64,000 bases of DNA from a virus: the IMG/VR virus record IMGVR_UViG_3300023179_000026, positions 32,001-96,000 of that record. One strand, 5' to 3'. The notes under the pieces were generated by a model, which worked only from the letters and a program-made list of their open reading frames with translations, had not been told where the DNA came from and ran no database searches. Within the stretch, counting starts at the first letter, position 1. Each line of letters starts with the position of its first letter. The position numbers and the translations under genes were made by a program. Of this stretch, positions 20,075 through 27,562 are shown one piece after another.

Positions 20075-20113
20075 TATTTATAATCAGTATAACTTAAATT
20101 TTGGTTATGTCAA
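20075..20113 (-). promoter_or_regulatory. Tandem sigma70 and late promoters for the helicase
   Basis: TTGACA-16-TATACT (20113-20086) followed by exact TATAAATA (20082-20075). Confidence 0.7.
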
Positions 20114-20114
20114 T

Positions 20115-20146
20115 AAAAAAGGAGCAATTGGTTACCCAATTACCCC
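20115..20146 (-). terminator. Rho-independent terminator
   Basis: GGGGTAATTGG-GTAA-CCAATTGCTCC followed by T6. Confidence 0.85.
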
Positions 20147-20166
20147 AAGTTACTACAGGAGATATC

Positions 20167-21240
20167 TTAACGATCTTTATACATCAAAGTACGCTCAACA
20201 ACTTGTTTCCAACGGTCACCCTTACGCACCATATAATCAGCAACATATACAAAAGTGCGTAAGCTAAACGATTTAAATTTAGTTGCGTTGGTCTCCATGT
20301 ACGCAAACAATTCATCAACTTGTTCAGTGGTTAGGTTAAAGTTAGCAAAGAATCCACCATCATCTTGCAAATCCTCATGCAATTGTTTAGCACGTAGCAC
20401 AATGTGTCTAGCTGAGGAGCACTGTACTTCAATTGATTTCCAACGTGTTTCCATCGCTTGTAGGTGATTCTTTAAATTTGAATCACGCATTTTATTTAAA
20501 TCAAGGTTAGTGATAAAAATCAAGTTACCTTTGAATACAAAACTTTCAGGAATATCTTCCCTACGTAGTTGCGCACTGTTTGAGCGAATGTTAATTCGAC
20601 GTTCACCTGTGGTTGCTAGTGCTGCTTTAAGCAAGTTAAGCATTTCAGGGTTAAAGAAAATTGCATCACAGTCATCAAATACTGTAATATAATTTGCATC
20701 ACTACCTTCAAACAAGATTTTGTACAAGTGTACGGGTGAATCACCTAGTGAACCACGTATGATTTGAAACTTTTCACGTGTACCACCAACATTCGTAAAT
20801 GTTGCGTAACGGTCAAGCACTGATTCTACGATATGGGTTTTACCACTACCACCCCCACCGCAAATGAATAATCCACCTTTTTCTTCACCACGTAGCATAT
20901 CTTCAATATGCTCCTCAAGGTTTTCAAAATCTTCTCTAAACCATTGCTTGATTTGTTCATCAGTAGGTTCAGGTTTAGTTACAACAGGTTCATCTGCTGT
21001 AAATTTTACAGGTGCTTTTTTAGGCACTGTAACAGTATTATTATCAGTTATTTCACAATTAGTTACCACAATAGTAGGTTTCTCCGAAATTTTACCGCTT
21101 GGTTTCACCAACAAGCGATCTTTGTTTAGTACAACATATTCGTTGGGACGGGTACCTGGTTGGTGAATTTGAAACTTAGTACCGCTAGGAATAGGCTTAT
21201 CAAAATACTGACCTTCAAACACAGTAATAAACTTGGGCAT
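20167..21240 (-). CDS. AAA+/P-loop ATPase
   Basis: GGGGSGKT Walker A, VFDDCD Walker B, IFITN sensor. Confidence 0.85.
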   Translation of the reverse strand: MPKFITVFEGQYFDKPIPSGTKFQIHQPGTRPNEYVVLNKDRLLVKPSGKISEKPTIVVTNCEITDNNTVTVPKKAPVKFTADEPVVTKPEPTDEQIKQWFREDFENLEEHIEDMLRGEEKGGLFICGGGGSGKTHIVESVLDRYATFTNVGGTREKFQIIRGSLGDSPVHLYKILFEGSDANYITVFDDCDAIFFNPEMLNLLKAALATTGERRINIRSNSAQLRREDIPESFVFKGNLIFITNLDLNKMRDSNLKNHLQAMETRWKSIEVQCSSARHIVLRAKQLHEDLQDDGGFFANFNLTTEQVDELFAYMETNATKFKSFSLRTFVYVADYMVRKGDRWKQVVERTLMYKDR

Positions 21241-21273
21241 CTTTAGCTCCGTTGTTTGTCAATCGATTTGAGT

Positions 21274-21302
21274 AGTATAGCAGGGTGTTGAAACTATGTC
21301 AA
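21274..21302 (-). promoter_or_regulatory. Strong sigma70 (early) promoter
   Basis: TTGACA-17-TATACT with extended -10 TG. Confidence 0.85.
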
Positions 21303-21635
21303 CTAACGAATACTGTATGGATCAAGAAACGCTCGTCCATCGTTAGTAATATACAAATACTCTACATTAGGAACATTACCCACAGGGCGATAATAAGCTA
21401 TTTCTCCATCATGTCCATCTTCATCATAAAGAACATCGTAGCAATCAACTTGCTTAAAACGTACTTCTTTACCTGTATGATGACTAGTTACAAAAAACTC
21501 TTGCGGAAATTTACTACCAAAATACGTATTAGATAAACCTAAAACTTTAGTGCTTTTATCAAAGTCACAATATTGAAGAGGTATACGTTGAAGTTCCATA
21601 CTTGCGTCCTTTGTTAAGATACAAGTATGATACAT
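21303..21635 (-). CDS. Hypothetical protein
   Basis: 110 aa ORF in operon. Confidence 0.65.
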   Translation of the reverse strand: MYHTCILTKDASMELQRIPLQYCDFDKSTKVLGLSNTYFGSKFPQEFFVTSHHTGKEVRFKQVDCYDVLYDEDGHDGEIAYYRPVGNVPNVEYLYITNDGRAFLDPYSIR

Positions 21636-21917
21636 CTAAATTAATACTCTTGTCAACACTTTCTTTTTCTGTGGTTTTAATGACACACTAAAATGTGTAG
21701 CGTGTGGTTTTGTCACAACTTTGTCTGCAAGGTATTGATACTTAGCACTTACCTCAGCTTCTTTTAAAATTTGTTTAACTGTATTAAATTTGTCCATTGG
21801 AATACGATAAAACCCACGATCTAGTAAATGTTCTGCTAATTCTTGATCGCCTGACAAGCCAACTGCTTGCCATAACGTAAAATTGTTTTTAATAGTTGAT
21901 GCTTCAATATGTGACAT
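21636..21917 (-). CDS. Hypothetical protein
   Basis: 93 aa ORF with GGAG RBS. Confidence 0.7.
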   Translation of the reverse strand: MSHIEASTIKNNFTLWQAVGLSGDQELAEHLLDRGFYRIPMDKFNTVKQILKEAEVSAKYQYLADKVVTKPHATHFSVSLKPQKKKVLTRVLI

Positions 21918-21918
21918 T

Positions 21919-22590
21919 TTATGCTCCTGTCTTAGGTTTTAATAGTGAAAGTTCTTGATCCATGCTGCGATTGTTTTCATTACGTGGTCCTGTCCACACA
22001 TTAGTCTTGGCTTCTCCTGTTACACGATTAGCCCATAGTTCACAAAATGCGCTATGTGGGCTAGTATCGTATGTTTTACCGTTTTCATGGCAGGTAAAAG
22101 TTCCATCTGCATTGACGGTAAAACTTACCTTAATAGGATTACCATTAGTGTCATTTTTAGATTGAGTAAAGGTTTGTCCTGCCAATTCTGCCACACGATC
22201 ACGTGACTTATTACTAGCGATAAATTTTACAGCAGCAGGTTCAAGTTCAGTTTGATTGACATTTTGTTCACTTGCACCGTAAATGTCCATAAATTTTGAT
22301 ACACGTTCAACTAACATACCATCAGTATCTTCAAACCATTCACCTTGCATACGTTCGGGCAATATAGCATGTAACAACTTTTCCACTCTGCTCATACTAT
22401 CAACTTGCCAATACTTAATCATTGTATAACCAATAGTAAACTTAGTACTGTTTAGTGCATTTTCTCTGCTTGGTACGTTGATACTTTTACCAACTTTTTT
22501 CTCAGTAAGTGAACTAATATCCTTACCACTATAGTGATAATAGCCACCAACGTAGATATAACCTGAATCTGTCATATGGGTAATCTCCAT
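21919..22590 (-). CDS. T5orf172/MUG113-type GIY-YIG domain protein
   Basis: GYIYV...KVGKS...SR...VEKLLH...GEWF. Confidence 0.8.
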   Translation of the reverse strand: MEITHMTDSGYIYVGGYYHYSGKDISSLTEKKVGKSINVPSRENALNSTKFTIGYTMIKYWQVDSMSRVEKLLHAILPERMQGEWFEDTDGMLVERVSKFMDIYGASEQNVNQTELEPAAVKFIASNKSRDRVAELAGQTFTQSKNDTNGNPIKVSFTVNADGTFTCHENGKTYDTSPHSAFCELWANRVTGEAKTNVWTGPRNENNRSMDQELSLLKPKTGA

Positions 22591-22622
22591 GTAAATTTAA
22601 GGTATTGTAGCAAAAAGATAAT

Positions 22623-22648
22623 AAAAAAGCACAGACTAGCTGTGCTTT
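22623..22648 (-). terminator. Rho-independent terminator
   Basis: AAAGCACAG/CTGTGCTTT stem plus T-run. Confidence 0.85.
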
Positions 22649-22670
22649 AATAAATTGAAATTATCCTAAA

Positions 22671-22949
22671 TTACTTTGTTTTGGTCATGCTTTGTGAAGC
22701 GTGGTTAACAAAGTTGTACATAGTTTCTGCAGTTTTGAGGACTTGTTCGATGCCTGGAAACTGTGGCATACCAAGGGTTGTTGTAACAACACCTTTGTCA
22801 TCACGTTGTACGCTCATTTCCCAACCGTGAAACTTACTATGGTATTCCTCGCTGATAAGATCTTTAGCCATTTTAAGGATTTCTGTACGGATTTCGTAAC
22901 CGTTTTTGTTAAATTTTACTTCAGTTTTTGGTAAATCAAAATTTGACAT
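22671..22949 (-). CDS. Hypothetical protein
   Basis: 92 aa, AAGGAG RBS preceded by a CA-rich leader. Confidence 0.8.
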   Translation of the reverse strand: MSNFDLPKTEVKFNKNGYEIRTEILKMAKDLISEEYHSKFHGWEMSVQRDDKGVVTTTLGMPQFPGIEQVLKTAETMYNFVNHASQSMTKTK

Positions 22950-22978
22950 AATTTTCTCCTTGTGTGTGTATGTCTATG

Positions 22979-23269
22979 TTAGGCTTTTTGTTCTGCACGA
23001 TTTTGCGCAGTCCAGGCATCCCAACCTGCCTTATACCAATCAATACTAAACGGATTCATTATTTTTTCAATTTTTGTATGTAGAAACTCTCTATTACAAG
23101 TAGTGATAATATTTGTAGTTGTTTCTAGCGCAGTATTTAAAAATTTACTTTGAGCCTCAATATAAATTAGCATATTATTTTTGAGGTCAGTGTGCTTGAC
23201 ATATTTTTCAACAAATTGCTTTTTAGCATTTTGTACACTGTCAATAAAAAGTGAGGGTTGATTAATCAT
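22979..23269 (-). CDS. Phasin-like amphipathic protein
   Basis: 96 aa all-helical, FIDSVQNAKKQFV...IEAQSKF pattern; late promoter at 23328-23335. Confidence 0.5.
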   Translation of the reverse strand: MINQPSLFIDSVQNAKKQFVEKYVKHTDLKNNMLIYIEAQSKFLNTALETTTNIITTCNREFLHTKIEKIMNPFSIDWYKAGWDAWTAQNRAEQKA

Positions 23270-23352
23270 ATTGCATTCCTTTCTGTGTATGTGTCTAATT
23301 TGAGTACATCCAATATGTGCCCAAATGTATTTATACGATAAAATTTATTGTA

Positions 23353-23481
23353 TTACAATTTTTTAGGATAATGTGGGGTTAAGAAATCCCATTCTTCACC
23401 AAGTACATATTGATGATTCAACTTTTCATCAATATAAGCAATAATTGCTAATGAACCAAGTATAAAATAAGCTAACATCAT
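23353..23481 (-). CDS. Small membrane protein (42 aa, not in the ORF track)
   Basis: MMLAYFILGSLAIIAYIDE...; starts 1 nt after the previous stop. Confidence 0.6.
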   Translation of the reverse strand: MMLAYFILGSLAIIAYIDEKLNHQYVLGEEWDFLTPHYPKKL

Positions 23482-23482
23482 A

Positions 23483-23590
23483 TTACTTGCCCATCAACTT
23501 TACTGCACTTTGCCATTTACCCCTGCGTGTTAGATGACTAGCTAATAATCCTTCACACCAAACTTGGTACATTATTTTAAAAAAGGTCAT
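23483..23590 (-). CDS. Small protein (35 aa, not in the ORF track)
   Basis: MTFFKIMYQVWCEGLLASHLTRRGKWQSAVKLMGK; ATGA overlap with upstream stop; GGAG RBS. Confidence 0.7.
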   Translation of the reverse strand: MTFFKIMYQVWCEGLLASHLTRRGKWQSAVKLMGK

Positions 23591-23697
23591 TGCCATTCTC
23601 CACGATGTAAATGAAAGTATCTGCGAGCACGTGCTTTTCCACTTGCTTCTAATGCTTTAAATATTTTGTAACCTATACTTGCTAAAAAACTAAACAT
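23587..23697 (-). CDS. Small basic protein (36 aa, not in the ORF track)
   Basis: MFSFLASIGYKIFKALEASGKARARRYFHLHRGEWQ; AAGGA RBS. Confidence 0.7.
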   Translation of the reverse strand: MFSFLASIGYKIFKALEASGKARARRYFHLHRGEWQ

Positions 23698-23701
23698 TTT
23701 G

Positions 23702-23872
23702 TTATTCCTTATGAGAACTATATTCAAACTCTTTGATGTAATTGTCAAGAGTAGCAGCATCTGTAATGCTTTTTGTGCTTAAGTAACGTTCCAAACGATT
23801 TTGGTAACCATCTTTTGGAAACATTTCTGCTAAACGCTCAAGGATATTGAGCATAAACTGTGTAATAAACAT
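23702..23872 (-). CDS. DUF3563-like small protein (56 aa, not in the ORF track)
   Basis: LERLAEMFPKDGYQNRLERYLS...LDNYIKEFE; GGAG RBS; exact TATAAATA at 23904-23911. Confidence 0.7.
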   Translation of the reverse strand: MFITQFMLNILERLAEMFPKDGYQNRLERYLSTKSITDAATLDNYIKEFEYSSHKE

Positions 23873-23938
23873 TTTCAATCTCCATGTGTATGTGTATCAA
23901 TTTTATTTATATGCTGCAGTGCGTCAAAGACTAGGGAT

Positions 23939-23962
23939 AAAAAAGGCACCGAAGTGCCTTTT
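23939..23962 (-). terminator. Rho-independent terminator, possibly bidirectional
   Basis: AAAAGGCAC-TTCG-GTGCCTTTT(TT), C(UUCG)G loop. Confidence 0.9.
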
Positions 23963-24179
23963 ATACTGTTTGATGTAGTTCATCAAACTTATTCAACGCT
24001 AACTGTCTAGCTAACCATAGCCTAAATTTGATTCTTGGTGATAAGTCATCATTTTCTGTAACTATTTTAATTCTAGTAAGATTGCGCCCTATACTATCAT
24101 CAAATACAAAAATTTCATAATCTTCATCAAAATCACTTTTAGGCGTAAGCGGTACGTCTTTTCGACGTGCTAGAATTAT
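23961..24179 (-). CDS. 72-codon reading frame with no start codon, in the -1 frame of the upstream peptide gene
   Basis: IILARRKDVPLTPKSDFDEDY...DDLSPRIKFRLWLARQLALNKFDELHQTV*; ends exactly at the terminator. Confidence 0.6.
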   Translation of the reverse strand: MILARRKDVPLTPKSDFDEDYEIFVFDDSIGRNLTRIKIVTENDDLSPRIKFRLWLARQLALNKFDELHQTV

Positions 24180-24313
24180 TTTTTTGCGTCTTTTTTATCG
24201 TCTTTCTTAGCTTCTGCTTTAGGAGCGTCTTTCTTTTCTTCTTTCTTTGCATCTGCTGCAAATGCGCTTACTGCAAAAAGTGCAGCAAATAGTGTTGCGA
24301 ATAATTGTTTCAT
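24176..24313 (-). CDS. Secreted Lys/Asp/Glu/Ala-rich peptide (45 aa, not in the ORF track)
   Basis: MKQLFATLFAALFAVSAFA/ADAKKEEKKDAPKAEAKKDDKKDAKK; classic Sec signal with an AFA-A cleavage site. Confidence 0.8.
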   Translation of the reverse strand: MKQLFATLFAALFAVSAFAADAKKEEKKDAPKAEAKKDDKKDAKK

Positions 24314-24333
24314 GATATTTCTTTATAAAAAAA

Positions 24334-24389
24334 TGCTCTCTAATCCTTACGGACTAAGTTAATATTTCGCAGAGCAACTTAATATTAAC
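24334..24389 (-). ncRNA. Candidate structured cis-RNA (pseudoknot with GNRA hairpin, then U7)
   Basis: GTTAATATT/AATATTAAC, TGCTCT/AGAGCA and TTAGTCC-GTAA-GGATTAG pairings, contiguous. Confidence 0.45.
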
Positions 24390-24447
24390 TATGCTATTAC
24401 TATTAACGCATGAGTAAACAAAAAGTTTACACAATAATTATTTATTT

Positions 24448-24612
24448 TTATCCACCACGCCCACTTCTACGTACTACAGTGGCATTTCCAAATCCTTTAC
24501 TAGGTTTAGGTGATGGTGGTTTAAACCCACCCTTTTGTGGAAATTGTTGTTTAGCCTTAGCTTCGTTAGCCATATTAATAAATGGATTTTTAGATTTTTT
24601 AGTTTCAGTCAT
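24448..24612 (-). CDS. Small basic disordered protein (54 aa, not in the ORF track)
   Basis: MTETKKSKNPFINMANEAKAK...RRSGRGG; overlaps the upstream stop; GGAG RBS. Confidence 0.7.
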   Translation of the reverse strand: MTETKKSKNPFINMANEAKAKQQFPQKGGFKPPSPKPSKGFGNATVVRRSGRGG

Positions 24613-25048
24613 TGTTTTCTCCTTTAACAGATTTTAAATAATCAGCAACATTGCCATACAATATCATCATCGTACCAAGACGTTCATCATATAATTTTAC
24701 TTGAATATTAATTTTTTTAAGTAAATTATTGCCACTTAAAAACTCTATGTAGTATGGACTTTTAATATACTTGTTTAAATCAAGTAATGTTTTTGCATCT
24801 ACAGCGGTGCGATAAGTTTTTACGTTATTATCTATATCCCACATTTTTACGGTTGTGCTAGTAATTTTCGCTTCTTTAAATCGTTTTTCACCGTATTCAG
24901 ATAGTCGCCACCCACCTTGAAGGTGTGTGCCACTTTGTGGACGCTGATCCATCCAAAACAAATCAGGTAAATGTGGTTTATAGTCGTTTATTTCAAGCAA
25001 CTGAAGAATTTTTTTTGCTACTACAATTCTGTCAGTAAACACGATCAT
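24605..25048 (-). CDS. Hypothetical protein
   Basis: 147 aa, coupled. Confidence 0.7.
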   Translation of the reverse strand: MIVFTDRIVVAKKILQLLEINDYKPHLPDLFWMDQRPQSGTHLQGGWRLSEYGEKRFKEAKITSTTVKMWDIDNNVKTYRTAVDAKTLLDLNKYIKSPYYIEFLSGNNLLKKINIQVKLYDERLGTMMILYGNVADYLKSVKGENND

Positions 25049-25338
25049 TCGTCGGGATAAACTGTAGTACCCTGATTCATAAAAACAACTGAAAATTTAC
25101 TAGTCATAAATTGTTTGTTTAATTTTCTGCATAGATTGCGAGCGTGGCCTGGGTTACTAAAGCTTGTTTTCTTGTATTTTGGTACAGTATTGCTATCATA
25201 ATGATGACTATTTTTTAAATTGATAGGTTGACCATCAAAGAAAATAGCCCATATTCCTGCTGCTTCAAGCACTTGGTCAACTTTGTAAGTTTTTTTGTCA
25301 ACCATTTCTACAAGCACTTTTGGTTGTGATCTAGACAT
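25045..25338 (-). CDS. Hypothetical protein
   Basis: 97 aa, coupled. Confidence 0.8.
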   Translation of the reverse strand: MSRSQPKVLVEMVDKKTYKVDQVLEAAGIWAIFFDGQPINLKNSHHYDSNTVPKYKKTSFSNPGHARNLCRKLNKQFMTSKFSVVFMNQGTTVYPDE

Positions 25339-25529
25339 TAAAATTTACCTCCTGAGACTTGAACTTCAATAATTTCAAGTGTATCTGTTTTGCGTTCAAG
25401 TTTATCTGCAAGGAGTTTTGCTATTTCATCCCGTAGCATTTTAGCTTCGCTTACAGGCATGATAAAATCTCTTTTGCTTGTAGAATCAATAGCACCTACC
25501 TTATCAATAAATCGTTTTATGTTAACCAT
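25338..25529 (-). CDS. Hypothetical protein
   Basis: 63 aa, TAAATA just upstream. Confidence 0.7.
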   Translation of the reverse strand: MVNIKRFIDKVGAIDSTSKRDFIMPVSEAKMLRDEIAKLLADKLERKTDTLEIIEVQVSGGKF

Positions 25530-25537
25530 GCTAGTAT

Positions 25538-25984
25538 TTATGCCTTTTTTGCCTCTTCTTCTGTGGCAAATGGTCCAACATAATCATATCGCTGTATAAA
25601 AATATACTTAGGGCAAAACATTGTTTGCCATACATCATTCATTTTTATTTTAAAATATCCTGCAGCATGGTAGCATTTACTTTTTTTACTTGTAGTATAA
25701 ACATGCAATTTACGTTTAACATCGTACATATCATTGTATGTTTTACTGTCAGTAGGCCATTTTGCAAAAGAAATGGTATTGTGTATGGGTTTACGCTGTG
25801 GTCTTTCAAACTCAATTAATTTAGACTTTTCAATGGATTTAACATCGTCATAATGAATAATCGTACCATCAACTTGTTTAAAGTCAAAACCTGTACCACT
25901 TGCTTCAACGTTACCAATTTTATTGGCACCATCAGTAACAACCCAAAATTGATTTTTTATAATTGGTTTAGCTTTTAGTATCAT
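25538..25984 (-). CDS. Hypothetical protein
   Basis: 148 aa, own promoter. Confidence 0.75.
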   Translation of the reverse strand: MILKAKPIIKNQFWVVTDGANKIGNVEASGTGFDFKQVDGTIIHYDDVKSIEKSKLIEFERPQRKPIHNTISFAKWPTDSKTYNDMYDVKRKLHVYTTSKKSKCYHAAGYFKIKMNDVWQTMFCPKYIFIQRYDYVGPFATEEEAKKA

Positions 25985-25990
25985 GATTGC

Positions 25991-26019
25991 AATATAATAG
26001 AATATAAATTGTAGGTCAA
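25991..26019 (-). promoter_or_regulatory. sigma70-type promoter
   Basis: TTGACC-17-TATATT. Confidence 0.65.
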
Positions 26020-26034
26020 GTTATTTAGATAAAT

Positions 26035-26637
26035 TTATTCAATATCTTTAATTGTTAAAGAAAATGTTCGTGCTCCAAATGATCCAACAGGATAACTATT
26101 AAATGAAATGCTTACTCTATGATCATGATTTACAGATTGTACGCTATGTACTAGACTAGATGGGAAAATATATAAAGTTCCAATTTGCGTTGGTAATTTC
26201 CAATTTAAACTATTAAATATATTATAATTCTCAGTTGGTATTAGTATGGGTTGATAATCAGACTTGTAAAATGTAATACTATCTTCTTTACAAGTGTGTA
26301 AGTAAAGCACCCCACTTAAAAAGGAATTTGAATGATAATGAATATGATGAGATTGACCTTTATTAGAAATATTCACCCATGACTCAGTAATTTTGAGTTT
26401 AATTTTTTTATTTGATGGAAATATGATATTACTAAGATATTCTTGTAGTGAGTTTTGACAAAAATCACGTAGTTTCTTTAACTCAGGTGCTTTTAAAATA
26501 TATGAGTCAACTGAACCAAAATTATACGTTTGTTCTTTATACGAAATAGTGTCTAAGTATTGTATTTCTTGTTTTGTAAAATCACGCCCTAAACTAAATT
26601 CCCCAACAGGAATTGGAAAAAGAGAAATTACATTCAA
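26035..26637 (-). CDS. 2OG-Fe(II) oxygenase (phage TIGR02466-like)
   Basis: SWVN, HxH-x-NSFLSGVLY, FPSSLVHSV, RVSISFN. Confidence 0.88.
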   Translation of the reverse strand: MNVISLFPIPVGEFSLGRDFTKQEIQYLDTISYKEQTYNFGSVDSYILKAPELKKLRDFCQNSLQEYLSNIIFPSNKKIKLKITESWVNISNKGQSHHIHYHSNSFLSGVLYLHTCKEDSITFYKSDYQPILIPTENYNIFNSLNWKLPTQIGTLYIFPSSLVHSVQSVNHDHRVSISFNSYPVGSFGARTFSLTIKDIE

Positions 26638-26882
26638 GCTAACTCTCCAAAATTGTTTTCATACCTTTCACGTAAAGTTTTAGCAATATCAAAATAACCT
26701 GATTCTACTAGTGTTAAAAATACTTGATTGATAGGCATGCCAATAAAACTAGTATTGGCAATTACAGGTATTTGTTGCTCTGAATCAGCTAATTTCATGT
26801 TGCCAATAATATACGCCACACCATACGCTTCATCAACATCATATTTTACACAATCACCAAACTTAAACATTATTTTCCTCAT
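26634..26882 (-). CDS. Hypothetical protein
   Basis: 82 aa, coupled. Confidence 0.6.
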   Translation of the reverse strand: MRKIMFKFGDCVKYDVDEAYGVAYIIGNMKLADSEQQIPVIANTSFIGMPINQVFLTLVESGYFDIAKTLRERYENNFGELA

Positions 26883-27030
26883 CTAAATTAGACATTTTCA
26901 AAACCATATCGACCATTGATGAATAACACCATGGACAAAATGTAACAGGCATAACCCCAAAATAACCTGCTATACCACCTTCATCTTCTAAACTAAACTC
27001 ACTTTCACATATATTACACTTATTATTCAT
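26863..27030 (-). CDS. Small CxxC-CxxC zinc-binding protein (55 aa; start revised)
   Basis: MNNKCNICE...FCPWC. Confidence 0.7.
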   Translation of the reverse strand: MNNKCNICESEFSLEDEGGIAGYFGVMPVTFCPWCYSSMVDMVLKMSNLDEENNV

Positions 27031-27148
27031 TGCTTTGCACCTCAATTTTAGTCTTTGGAACAATATAAGGTTGTACAACATAGGCATCTGCAACACCCCA
27101 ACCTATAGCAGTAAAAAAACCTACGGCAATAATTTTAATAACCCACAT
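27023..27148 (-). CDS. Small membrane protein (41 aa, not in the ORF track)
   Basis: MWVIKIIAVGFFTAIGWGVADAYVVQPY...; GAGG RBS. Confidence 0.6.
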   Translation of the reverse strand: MWVIKIIAVGFFTAIGWGVADAYVVQPYIVPKTKIEVQSNE

Positions 27149-27151
27149 CAA

Positions 27152-27562
27152 TTATTCCTCATCATTAACAATACGTGCATTTTTATAATCAAACCATCCT
27201 AGTACTTCCTTTGATTTTAAATCAGCTACTAATTTTTTGATATGTAAAGTTAATTTATGCTTTTGATAATCATAAGCAGCTTGTTTAGTAATCGCTTCAT
27301 CCCACTTACGTGTAATCGCTTCATCCCACTTACGTGTATTGAATGCACCACAATAGTACAGTTTTTCAAAAGTTTGTTGTAAGCATGTTTTCATTTGTGG
27401 AGTGCAATATACACCTGACGATATTTCCATAGCTAAACACAAAGCTTGTGCATGTGTCATAACGATACCATTCCAATATACAATATATTCATCATGCTTA
27501 GTAAGATATACTAGAACAGGTTTAGGGTCTAAAATACTCCAACTATGTTCAGGTCTATTCAT
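27152..27562 (-). CDS. Hypothetical protein with an internal 8-aa duplication
   Basis: TRKWDEAI occurs twice. Confidence 0.7.
   Translation of the reverse strand: MNRPEHSWSILDPKPVLVYLTKHDEYIVYWNGIVMTHAQALCLAMEISSGVYCTPQMKTCLQQTFEKLYYCGAFNTRKWDEAITRKWDEAITKQAAYDYQKHKLTLHIKKLVADLKSKEVLGWFDYKNARIVNDEE
27288..27338. repeat. Perfect 24-bp tandem duplication
   Basis: gtaatcgcttcatcccacttacgt x2 plus gta. Confidence 0.95.

Noticed and set aside
24334-24389. HDV-like or hammerhead ribozyme
   Set aside because: P1/P2/P4 order resembles HDV but P3/L3 and the J4/2 catalytic C are missing; no CUGANGA core
24410-24637. + strand 75-aa ORF in the track
   Set aside because: It is the shadow of a better-supported 54-aa minus-strand ORF (24448..24612) with RBS and coupling
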